Source: an uncultured euryarchaeote (GTDB lineage: Archaea > Thermoplasmatota > Poseidoniia > Poseidoniales > Poseidoniaceae). Taken from it: 64,000 bases of DNA. Position 1 is the stretch's first letter; each line of letters starts with the position of its first letter. The translations under genes were made by a program, and so were the position numbers. The DNA is taken from assembly GCA_937899865.1 (NCBI GenBank), contig CALBRH010000051.1, forward strand, positions 32,001-96,000, written 5' to 3'. A model generated the notes under the pieces. That model saw only the letters and a list, made by a program, of their open reading frames with translations. It did not search any database and was not told where the DNA came from. Shown piece by piece: positions 55,550 to 64,000 of the stretch.

Positions 55550-57843
55550 TCCTCCTCATGCACGGGATTTTGTCCACTGATGGTACAAATAATCCACTTT
55601 GAGGTAGGAGTATTTGATATATCTGCAGTAGATTCCAAAGGCACTAATTCGTTGGCCTCTGGGAAATATGCTGCAATATTCCTTTTTGGTATTTTGTATG
55701 GAATAACTATCCACTGCTTTGATATTCTTACATTGCCATTGAAATGACTTGTTATATCGACATAATCTCTAGTTTTAATTTGTAAATCGAGCATATCATC
55801 AGGATTCATCAAAATGACTCTCCTGTTACCTTTAATACCTCTATATCTGTCATCAAGGCCATAAATTGTAGTATTGTATTGATCATGAGAACGCATAGTC
55901 ATCATGACAAATTGGTCATCTTCTATGTCTACATTTGGTAATGGATTACTTGAAAAGTGTGCCAATCCATCTGAAGTATTGAATTGACAACTGTCTTTGG
56001 GAGGATTGGGTAGGTAAAATCCATTTTCTTCACGTACACGATGATTATAATTGTCAAATCCATTAACGCATTGACCAATTAAATCCCTAATCTTATCATA
56101 GTTGTCTACTTGTTCAAGGAAATTAATTGATGAATCTTCAAGCGTCGTATCGGCAAGTTGTGCAACAATCCATGGTTCACTTCTTAACTCACTAGAAGCA
56201 GGTTTCAATCTACCTTCAGAGGTGTGAACAATACCCATTGAATTTTCTACTGTTACGAATTGAGGCCCTGATTTTTGTTTGTCAAACTCTGTTCTTCCTA
56301 AACATGGCAATATTAGCATCTCGTCAGATTGAACTAAATGTGAACGATTTAACTTAGTAGAAACATGTACACTCATTGATAGTTTGGAAACAGCCTTTGA
56401 GGTTCTTTTTGTATCGGGAGTCGCTGATATGAAATTACCACCTAAGCAAAATAAGAAGTCAACATCGCCTTTCTCCATTGCAATGATAGAATTAACTACA
56501 TCATATCCATGTTTCCTAGGCATTGTAAATTTCAAACCTTGCTCCATATTTTCAATGAATGAATCGCTAGGAGCCTCCCAGATTCCTACAGTTCGATTAC
56601 CTTGTACATTGGAATGGCCTCTTACTGGGCATAAACCTGCACCCTTACGTCCAATATGACCTCCCAATAGATGCAAATTGACAACTTCTTGAATCACTGA
56701 TACTCCATTTCTATGTTGTGTCAAACCCATAGCCCAACAGGATATTACGGATTTGGAATTAGCTAAAATTTCTGCAAGTCTGATGATTTCTTCTTTGCTA
56801 ATACCTGAATCTCGAGACACTCTATCCCAGTCTAGTAGTTGCAAAGAGTTTTCATACTGTTCATATTCAGAAGTTTTGTCATTTATGAATTTATGATCCA
56901 CTTTTTTAGAATCTATGATTAATTTATTGATACCTTGGAATAACGCTGCATCTCCACCAATCTTTATCGGTATATGTATATCAGATAATTTGGTGGATTT
57001 GAAGTTTAATTTCATATAATCTTGAGGATGTTTGAAGCGAACCAGTCCAGTTTCAGGTAGTGGATTGATATGAATAATTGTGGAGCCTTTTTTCTTGGCA
57101 TCGCTAAGTGCAGTCAGCATACGAGGATGATTAGTTCCTGGATTTTGTCCAATTACTAAGATTGTATCGGCATGATTGAAATCATCCAGCGTGACAGTAC
57201 CTTTGCCAATTCCAATTGTTGAAGTCAATGCTTTACCGCTGGATTCATGGCACATATTGGAGCAATCTGGTAAATTATTAGTCCCATACATTCTAACAAA
57301 TGCTTGATACAGAAATGCTGCCTCATTACTAGTCCTGCCAGATGTGTAAAAAACTGCATTATTGGGGCTATCTAGTGTATTCAATTTCTTTGATATTAGA
57401 CTAAATGCTTCAGTCCAGGATATGGGTTTGTAGTTTGACTCTCCTCTTTTCAAATACATCGGTTCAGCTATTCTACCTTGGCTATTGAGCCAATAATCAC
57501 TCCTCTGTGATAATTCTTTTACCGTATATTTGGCAAAGAACTTGCGGTTTACATTAGCCTTCATAGCCTCGTCCGCTACAGCCTTTGCACCATTTTCGCA
57601 AAATTCGAAAGGAGAGCTATGTTCTGGATCTGGCCAAGCGCAACCCGGGCAATCAAAACCATCTTTTTGATTAACCATTTTCAAAGTCTTGATAGTTTTC
57701 ATAGGACCCATTTTTTTGATTGAATGGACAGCGCTTGAGATCACTGCAGGTATGCCGGCGGCTGTTGATTTTGGACTAGATAATTTCAACTTAGATTGGT
57801 CGACGGGAGTTAAGCCATCGGTATTGCCGCCCATCGTAATCAT
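55546..57843 (-). CDS. FdhF/YdeP family molybdopterin oxidoreductase
   Basis: GFDCPGCAWPD, EFCENG, SGR.SNEA, PDCSNMCHESS, GHSNVQG, RSHDQ.NTT.YG. Confidence 0.93.
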   Translation of the reverse strand: MITMGGNTDGLTPVDQSKLKLSSPKSTAAGIPAVISSAVHSIKKMGPMKTIKTLKMVNQKDGFDCPGCAWPDPEHSSPFEFCENGAKAVADEAMKANVNRKFFAKYTVKELSQRSDYWLNSQGRIAEPMYLKRGESNYKPISWTEAFSLISKKLNTLDSPNNAVFYTSGRTSNEAAFLYQAFVRMYGTNNLPDCSNMCHESSGKALTSTIGIGKGTVTLDDFNHADTILVIGQNPGTNHPRMLTALSDAKKKGSTIIHINPLPETGLVRFKHPQDYMKLNFKSTKLSDIHIPIKIGGDAALFQGINKLIIDSKKVDHKFINDKTSEYEQYENSLQLLDWDRVSRDSGISKEEIIRLAEILANSKSVISCWAMGLTQHRNGVSVIQEVVNLHLLGGHIGRKGAGLCPVRGHSNVQGNRTVGIWEAPSDSFIENMEQGLKFTMPRKHGYDVVNSIIAMEKGDVDFLFCLGGNFISATPDTKRTSKAVSKLSMSVHVSTKLNRSHLVQSDEMLILPCLGRTEFDKQKSGPQFVTVENSMGIVHTSEGRLKPASSELRSEPWIVAQLADTTLEDSSINFLEQVDNYDKIRDLIGQCVNGFDNYNHRVREENGFYLPNPPKDSCQFNTSDGLAHFSSNPLPNVDIEDDQFVMMTMRSHDQYNTTIYGLDDRYRGIKGNRRVILMNPDDMLDLQIKTRDYVDITSHFNGNVRISKQWIVIPYKIPKRNIAAYFPEANELVPLESTADISNTPTSKWIICTISGQNPVHEEE

Positions 57844-57890
57844 TTTATTGTACCTAATTTGACTTTTCAAGTCTTGGGCTAAAATCATGA

Positions 57891-58664
57891 TTAGCCAATG
57901 ATTGTAGCACTATTTTGTTTAACGAAAGAGTAGATTGTGATGCCTAATTGTCTAGCGCATTCTGCAGCCAAGGTTGAACAAGCTCCAATTGATGCGATGA
58001 CAGAAATATTAGCTCTTGCAGCCTTTGCAACTATATCCCATCCACACCTACCACTTAATAACAAAATAAATTCACTCATTGTAGCATCTGTAATTGATTT
58101 ACCAACCACTTTGTCTACTGCATTGTGTCTACCTATATCTTCTGAAAGATATTTTAAATCCCCTGTAAAATTCAGTAATCCAGCACTGTGCATGCCGCCA
58201 GTTTTGGAGAATCCATCCTGCAAAGACTTCATTTGTTCTAGTCCCAAATGAAGTATTGATTCATCAAATATGATACCTCCTTCAACAATGGGTAAATCAG
58301 TAATTAATGTGTCAAGCCCATGAGTATTGCAGGCGCCACATGAAGTGGTAGTGATACCAGTAATTTTTGGTTGAGTTAGTAAGGGAAGTGATGAATTTAC
58401 CTGCGCTTTAATTCCGTCTTTGCTTGAAGTTATTATTACATCATTTGAACATATTTTAGCTTGCGCCCTTTCAATATACCCTTCCGACAGCAAATGACCT
58501 ATCAATAGATTCTCACAATCATTTGGTGAGGCCAATAATGTGGCAATTTTCTGTTCATTAAAATACAAGTAAATTAGTGATTCTACTGCTAAATTATCAG
58601 AAGAAATTGACAAATTTCCATCTTTTAACTTGGAAACTGGTACTTTTCTATGATTCATTGCCAT
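57891..58664 (-). CDS. fdhD: Formate dehydrogenase accessory sulfurtransferase
   Basis: TSCGAC, TGG.H.A, EDIGRHNA.DK, SGR. Confidence 0.92.
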   Translation of the reverse strand: MAMNHRKVPVSKLKDGNLSISSDNLAVESLIYLYFNEQKIATLLASPNDCENLLIGHLLSEGYIERAQAKICSNDVIITSSKDGIKAQVNSSLPLLTQPKITGITTTSCGACNTHGLDTLITDLPIVEGGIIFDESILHLGLEQMKSLQDGFSKTGGMHSAGLLNFTGDLKYLSEDIGRHNAVDKVVGKSITDATMSEFILLLSGRCGWDIVAKAARANISVIASIGACSTLAAECARQLGITIYSFVKQNSATIIG

Positions 58665-59208
58665 CACCACTACGTAAATGATCAATTTCAAAAAACTCAA
58701 ATTGTAAATTGACTAGTTCTTTGCTTGTCTTTGCAGAAGAATACTCTTCAAGAGGTTCAAAGTTCAATTCAATAAAGCGCTGACCCCATCTAAATGCTGA
58801 TAGTAAAGATATGGCTTGTTCTTTGTTCCCAGTTAAATAAGTGGCAGCGGCAAGAGCCTCTACTGTGGATAATTTACCTGGTTTACCCCAATTAACAGGA
58901 TTTGCAGCAAGAAATAATGGTAACATTCGCGGCTGTAATCTAGTTTGTCGCATCACTTTGTCGACGCTCGTTTCAATATGTTTCCACGAACAATCCAAAC
59001 CGACTAATGACCCATTTTTCTTAGTAAGAATATCATGGTCTTCTGGGCCAAAAATTTTACCACATAAGGGTTCTAAAATTATACCTTTTTTCGGTAAAGT
59101 ACTAATATTCTTATGCAGTTTAATATCGCCACGTTTTGAGGAAATTACAGCAGTATTTTTCTTAGGATCATCCTGTGCAAGCCACAGAGAATGAACTCGT
59201 ATAGACAT
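58648..59208 (-). CDS. tsr3: rRNA aminocarboxypropyltransferase Tsr3
   Basis: QDDPKKNT, LDCSW, R.LP...AANPVN.G...KLS..EA.AAA. Confidence 0.9.
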   Translation of the reverse strand: MSIRVHSLWLAQDDPKKNTAVISSKRGDIKLHKNISTLPKKGIILEPLCGKIFGPEDHDILTKKNGSLVGLDCSWKHIETSVDKVMRQTRLQPRMLPLFLAANPVNWGKPGKLSTVEALAAATYLTGNKEQAISLLSAFRWGQRFIELNFEPLEEYSSAKTSKELVNLQFEFFEIDHLRSGDGNES

Positions 59209-59694
59209 CTAATCACCGTTTTGATTGAAGAAATCACCAAGAGTCATCCCTCGACTATTTCCTTTAATCACTCTCGATGTCTCTGAAGGAGTACTTAACT
59301 CCATCAATGAAATTCCTAATACACGTTCAAATTTTCTTATTACTGAATCAGTAGGAGGTTTTCCAGACTCGGCTGATTTGATGACATTAACGGTCTCAGC
59401 CATTCTTTTTCCGAGTTCTGCTTGATTCCATCCTTTGGAGTTTCTAGCACTAGCAATCTTTGAAGCAAAGTTATCAACAAGTTCTTTCTCTTGTTTAGAC
59501 ATTATGTCATTCCGTCTTTTTGGTTTGAATGAAGTATTTGTCCTATTTTGTGACAATTTTATACCTGGAGCTACTTGCTTTGGATTTAATCCCAATTTCT
59601 CAACACACCTCATACAAGCATTAACATTTGCTTTACCCATCAATACTGACTTAGTGCTAACTTTCATCGCTCCGCAAATTTCACATTCACTCAT
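59209..59694 (-). CDS. mbf1: Archaeal multiprotein bridging factor 1
   Basis: CE.CG and C..C zinc ribbon plus HTH (I..AR...GW.Q..L, IE.G..P). Confidence 0.88.
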   Translation of the reverse strand: MSECEICGAMKVSTKSVLMGKANVNACMRCVEKLGLNPKQVAPGIKLSQNRTNTSFKPKRRNDIMSKQEKELVDNFASKIASARNSKGWNQAELGKRMAETVNVIKSAESGKPPTDSVIRKFERVLGISLMELSTPSETSRVIKGNSRGMTLGDFFNQNGD

Positions 59695-59745
59695 AGTCTC
59701 ACAAACACCTCCAGTACAACAATCAAAATGAAATTTATCATAATT

Positions 59746-61011
59746 ATGGCAGACTTCATAGATGATAGACGTCAGGATGTATTGATTGGCATGGTTGGCG
59801 AGGTAGATACTCCACCTAAAGATATCAAATCCTCAAATGAGGAAGAGTTGAAAAAACTCGAGGATGAATTTAGAGCATTGCAAGATCAAACACAAGATTT
59901 AATCAACGAAAGGGCTCATTTGGAATCTGAAATACGTACCTTGAAAAAGCGAGCAAATAGGCTTGATGAAGAAGTTCGAAGTCTCAAATCTCCGCCACTA
60001 ATAGTAGGGCATTTAGAGGACATACTAGACCAAGAAAGAGGAATTGTTAGGTCTTCAAATGGAACTGTTTTCCAAGTTGGATTAAATCAAAGACTTTCTC
60101 CAGAGGTATTGAAACCAGGAGTTAGAGTTGCACTTAATCAAGATACTTTAGCAGTAATTGAGGTTTTACATGATGCATGGGATCCAATGGTCAGTGGAGC
60201 AGAGATGGTTGAAAGGCCAGATATTAGTTATGATTCGGTAGCAGGCTTGGATGAGCAAAAAGAATCTGTAAGAGAAGCAATAGAATTACCACTTAACTCG
60301 CCTGAATTGTTTAGGAAAGTTGGAATCGAACCTCCTAAAGGAATATTGCTTGTTGGCCCGCCGGGTTGTGGGAAAACACTTCTTGCAAAGGCAGTAGCAA
60401 ATCATACTGATGCGACATTCATAAGAATGGTCGGTAGTGAGTTGGCTCAGAAATATATAGGAGAAGGTGGGAGAATGGTTAGGGAATTATTTTCCCTTGC
60501 TAAAGAAAAGGCACCATCAATAATTTTCTTAGATGAAATCGATGCTATTGGTGCAAAGCGATTAGATGGTTCAACTAGTGGTGATAGAGAAGTACAACGC
60601 ACATTAATGCAATTACTCGCCGAACTTGACGGTTTTGATGTATTAGAAAATGTCAAAATTATTGCTGCAACTAACCGCCCTGACATCTTAGATGAGGCGT
60701 TATTAAGGCCTGGAAGATTTGATAGAGTGATTGAAATACCTATTCCTGATGATGTTGGAAGAAAAGCGATATTGCAATTGAATATCGATAAAATGTCTAC
60801 CAAAAAGATCCAATTAAAGGCTATAATTGACAAAACATCAGGTTTCTCTGGTGCTGAAATAAAAGCAACTTGCGTTGAAGCAGGAATGATTGCAATTAGA
60901 CAAGGTAGAGGATATATTACTCAAGATGATTTCTTGGAATCTATTAAAAGAATTAATGTCAAGAAAATTAATGGTGGGCTTAAAGATTCACCAGACTCTA
61001 TTTACAATTAA
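59746..61011 (+). CDS. pan: Proteasome-activating nucleotidase
   Basis: Coiled coil, [38 protein letters not shown]-terminal IYN (HbYX). Confidence 0.95.
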   Translation: MADFIDDRRQDVLIGMVGEVDTPPKDIKSSNEEELKKLEDEFRALQDQTQDLINERAHLESEIRTLKKRANRLDEEVRSLKSPPLIVGHLEDILDQERGIVRSSNGTVFQVGLNQRLSPEVLKPGVRVALNQDTLAVIEVLHDAWDPMVSGAEMVERPDISYDSVAGLDEQKESVREAIELPLNSPELFRKVGIEPPKGILLVGPPGCGKTLLAKAVANHTDATFIRMVGSELAQKYIGEGGRMVRELFSLAKEKAPSIIFLDEIDAIGAKRLDGSTSGDREVQRTLMQLLAELDGFDVLENVKIIAATNRPDILDEALLRPGRFDRVIEIPIPDDVGRKAILQLNIDKMSTKKIQLKAIIDKTSGFSGAEIKATCVEAGMIAIRQGRGYITQDDFLESIKRINVKKINGGLKDSPDSIYN

Positions 61012-61047
61012 GGCTAACTTCAAAGTCCGTCTAATTGAGCATACATC

Positions 61048-62094
61048 ATGGACCAACCTATAATTGAGTGCGTGCCAAATATTTCTGAAGGTAGAAATGA
61101 TGCGGTAATCAGTGAGATTGTCAAATCCATTACTCAAAGTGATAAATGTTCAGTTTTAAGTGTCGAGCCAGATTCGGATTATAATAGAACTGTAATTACT
61201 ATTGCAGGACATCCTGAAGCCGTTTATGAAGCAGCATTTCAATTGATTAAGGCATCGATTGAACTAATTGATATGAGTATGCATAAAGGAGAACACCCAA
61301 GATTAGGAGTTGTTGATGTTTGTCCTTTTATCCCACTTAATAATTATACAATGGAAGAATGTTCTAAATTAGCAGAAAGATTAGCAAAAGAAGTTTCTAA
61401 ACTATTCAATGTGTGCACTTTTCTTTATGGATATGCAGCAACAAATCCCGATAGAAAGTTGTTATCTACATTACGCAAAGGCGAATATGAAGGACTTAAA
61501 GCTCGTTTAGATAACAATGATGAAGTACATAGTGAAACAACAAGATTACCTGATTTTGGGCCTAAAGATTGGAACGAAACTGTAGCAAAATCAGGTGGAA
61601 TAACAATTGGGGCTAGAGATATTCTTATCGCGTACAATGTTAATGTTGATGAAAAAGATGCAGTAGTCGCGAAAAAGATAGGTTCTATAATTCGTGGTTC
61701 AGGGCGTTTAATCAAAACCTCAGATGGAAAAAAGATGAGAGTAAGAGGTATGATTCAAGAAATACAAGGAATGGGAGTAACATTAGATTCTCACTCAATT
61801 AGCCAAGTTTCAATGAATATTTTAGATGTCAATAAGTGCTCAATTCATAAAGCATTTGAAATTTGTAAATCAATCGCAAATGACCATTCAGTGGAATTAA
61901 AAGGTAGCGAATTAGTAGGATTAGTTCCGTTAAGTGCAATGGTTGAATCGGGGAAGTGGTTTAGTAATGATTCAAATGCTTCTACTGAAGAATTAGTCGA
62001 GTGTGCAATAAATGGACTAGGGCTATCCCAGTTAGAGCATTTTGATCCTAAGCAGCGGATTATTGAGTGGGCCTTACAGGAGGGAGTCAATTGA
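61048..62094 (+). CDS. Glutamate formimidoyltransferase
   Basis: IECVPN.SEGR, D.D.NR.V, H.G.HPR.G..DV.PF.P, GAR..L.A.N, QVS.N. Confidence 0.93.
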   Translation: MDQPIIECVPNISEGRNDAVISEIVKSITQSDKCSVLSVEPDSDYNRTVITIAGHPEAVYEAAFQLIKASIELIDMSMHKGEHPRLGVVDVCPFIPLNNYTMEECSKLAERLAKEVSKLFNVCTFLYGYAATNPDRKLLSTLRKGEYEGLKARLDNNDEVHSETTRLPDFGPKDWNETVAKSGGITIGARDILIAYNVNVDEKDAVVAKKIGSIIRGSGRLIKTSDGKKMRVRGMIQEIQGMGVTLDSHSISQVSMNILDVNKCSIHKAFEICKSIANDHSVELKGSELVGLVPLSAMVESGKWFSNDSNASTEELVECAINGLGLSQLEHFDPKQRIIEWALQEGVN

Positions 62095-62714
62095 ATTGGA
62101 TGGAAATGACATTAGAGGAGTTTCAAAAAACATTGGCATCTAAATCACCTACTCCGGGTGGTGGGACTGCAAGTGCTGTAGCATTGGGTCAATCAGCAGC
62201 ATTGATAGCTATGGTCTCAAATTTGACGATTGGTAATGAAAAATGGAAAGATGGATGGCAAGCAAGTGAATCAGCATTGGAAATTGCAAATAAGGTAATG
62301 GATGATGCTGCTACTTTGGCTACGGAAGATAGTAATGCATTTGACAAAGTTATGGATGCATTTAAACTACCAAAAGATTCTGATGAAGAAAAGCAGTTTA
62401 GACGTAATGAAATAAGGAATTCAACTCTGTATGCTGCAGAAATACCATACAAAACAGCTAATTTATCATTGAGTATTTTAGAACAAATGAAAGATTTGTC
62501 TTTACATGCTAATGCAAACGCGATTTCTGATGTAGGTGTTGCAGCACTGCTTGCTACAGCAGCATGTAAAGGGGCTCTATTCAATGTTGAAATAAATTTG
62601 AATAGCTTACCAGAGGATTATGGTGTTAGTATGAGGGAGAATTTATCTACGATAAACGAAAAATGTAGAGAATTATCAAAAGTCATAATGCACAATGTCA
62701 AGACAAGGTTGTAA
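62091..62714 (+). CDS. Formimidoyltetrahydrofolate cyclodeaminase family
   Basis: LAS..P.PGGG.ASA, D..AF..VM.AF.LP, N.NA.SD..V, NV..NL. TTG start overlaps the upstream TGA. Confidence 0.9.
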   Translation: MNWMEMTLEEFQKTLASKSPTPGGGTASAVALGQSAALIAMVSNLTIGNEKWKDGWQASESALEIANKVMDDAATLATEDSNAFDKVMDAFKLPKDSDEEKQFRRNEIRNSTLYAAEIPYKTANLSLSILEQMKDLSLHANANAISDVGVAALLATAACKGALFNVEINLNSLPEDYGVSMRENLSTINEKCRELSKVIMHNVKTRL

Positions 62715-64000
62715 TTACCTTACTTGAGAACCAGTAGATATATCGCCATCGATTGTAACTAATTTAACAACTCCATTGCCGTCATCAGCAGCCAACATCA
62801 TTCCTTGAGAAGTTACTCCCCTAAGTGGACGAGGTTTTAGATTAGCCACAAAAACAACAGATTTACCAGTTAACTCATCAATTGAATAGTATTCTTTTAT
62901 GCCCGCACAGATTGTCCTACCATCACTTCCATCATCAAGTGAAATTACATACAACTTATCCGCATTAGGATGGTCTTCGACTTTAACTATCTTGCCAACC
63001 TTTAATTCAACTTTCATAAAATCGTTGAAATCAAGATACTTTATTCCTTCTACTTCTTTGCTCATTTTTTTTCCTCCTTTTTTTCCACCTTTGACTGCAT
63101 GTGTGGCTTCTTTATCATCTGATTCGCTACCAGATGCTAAAGATTGTTCATGTTCTAGAATTTCTTCTAGATCTAATCTTTTGAATAATGGTTCAGGTTT
63201 ATCGTTGTTCCAAGTCATTTGACTGTTCCAATTTATGGCTTCAGACCAATTTACTAGTGAAACATCGCCTGGTTGACCTAATGAATGCCATAATTTTTGA
63301 GAACTAAATGGCATAAATGGTTGCATTACAATAGATAAGAACCGACAAATACGCCAGCCAAATGCTAAAGTTGCTAGTGATTCTTTTGCTTCTACTGAGG
63401 ATTGTTCATCTTCAGACAAATATTTCCAAGGAGTTGCTGCTTGAATGATTTGGTTACCGTATTGTGCTGCTTTCATCGCGGTCCTAAGTGCTTCTTTGAA
63501 ACGATGTTTGTTAAGAGATGTTGAAATTTCCAAATACATCGATTCTAATTTTTCTTTATGTTTGGAAGTTACATCACTGTTTTCTAAACCTTCAAATGGC
63601 CCATTGTCCCCAGAAGTTAAGCGAGAACCTAATGTCAAAATTCGATGGACGAAATTACCATATGCGGCAATTAATTCAGAATTGATTTTTTCAACAAAAT
63701 CTGGCCAATTGAAATCAGTATCATGATTTTCTGGCATATTTATGCTCAAGTAGTATCGAAGAGTATCTGCATCATAACGTTCCAAGAATGATGGCAACCA
63801 AACTGCATGTTTTCTAGATTTGGAAAATTGACCTCCAGCAAGCATCAAATATTCCATGGCGGGAACATTGTATTCCAAAGCTAACTGTCCAGCTTTCGGC
63901 AAAGTTACTGGAGTGCTATGGTCAAGGCCAGCATTTGCATGGTTAAGGCCCATTATTAATGCAGGCCAAATTACCGTATGGAATGGAATATTGTCTTTTC
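62715..64000 (-). CDS. metG: Methionyl-tRNA synthetase with C-terminal tRNA-binding domain, 5'-truncated by the window edge
   Basis: KDNIPFHTVIWPA read upstream of the track ORF, FSKSR, D.LRYY, E..DF, YGNFVHR; C-terminal OB fold (F..V.L.VG, HPNADKL, NL.PR...G..S.GM). Confidence 0.95.
   Translation of the reverse strand, partial: KDNIPFHTVIWPALIMGLNHANAGLDHSTPVTLPKAGQLALEYNVPAMEYLMLAGGQFSKSRKHAVWLPSFLERYDADTLRYYLSINMPENHDTDFNWPDFVEKINSELIAAYGNFVHRILTLGSRLTSGDNGPFEGLENSDVTSKHKEKLESMYLEISTSLNKHRFKEALRTAMKAAQYGNQIIQAATPWKYLSEDEQSSVEAKESLATLAFGWRICRFLSIVMQPFMPFSSQKLWHSLGQPGDVSLVNWSEAINWNSQMTWNNDKPEPLFKRLDLEEILEHEQSLASGSESDDKEATHAVKGGKKGGKKMSKEVEGIKYLDFNDFMKVELKVGKIVKVEDHPNADKLYVISLDDGSDGRTICAGIKEYYSIDELTGKSVVFVANLKPRPLRGVTSQGMMLAADDGNGVVKLVTIDGDISTGSQVR

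Noticed and set aside
1597-63726. Numerous 60-150 aa antisense or nested ORFs in the track (e.g. 3503, 16463, 29816, 41914, 62189)
   Set aside because: All are fully overlapped by well-supported genes and lack motifs.
1-64000. CRISPR arrays, IS elements, prophage genes, rRNA
   Set aside because: No regularly spaced repeats, transposase/integrase motifs or rRNA-like sequence were seen by eye.

Overview
Gene-dense, AT-rich archaeal chromosome segment. The gene set (eS19, eL39, eL31, eS17, PAN, Kae1, aMBF1, Tsr3, EndA, geranylgeranyl reductase, about 295-nt SRP RNA) together with many bacterial-type metabolic genes and acidic membrane-anchored surface proteins points to Thermoplasmatota, most likely Marine Group II (Ca. 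Poseidoniales); this is an inference from gene content. About 65 CDS, one tRNA-Val(GAC) and the SRP RNA were identified. No mobile element, CRISPR array or rRNA was seen. Pathways: preQ0/archaeosine synthesis (folE-queE-queC-queD), histidine utilisation (hutH, hutU, hutI, split formiminotransferase/cyclodeaminase), three-gene transhydrogenase, methylmalonyl-CoA mutase/epimerase and a lysine 6-aminotransferase. Highlights: (1) a QueC-MsrB in-frame fusion with a Zn-less QueC, in an operon led by an unannotated 53-aa ribbon-helix-helix gene preceded by a 20-bp palindrome; (2) a TACT-N2-AGTA motif recurring in three promoter regions; (3) a membrane protein with two Zn ribbons, seven EF-hands and an SH3-like tail; (4) an in-frame internal SD plus ATG in metG; (5) TatC with a Cys-rich tail, CxxxY-type CcmE and a CxCH surface protein. 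Three small ORFs and one edge-truncated ORF absent from the ORF track were read by hand. All family calls come from motif recognition, not database searches.
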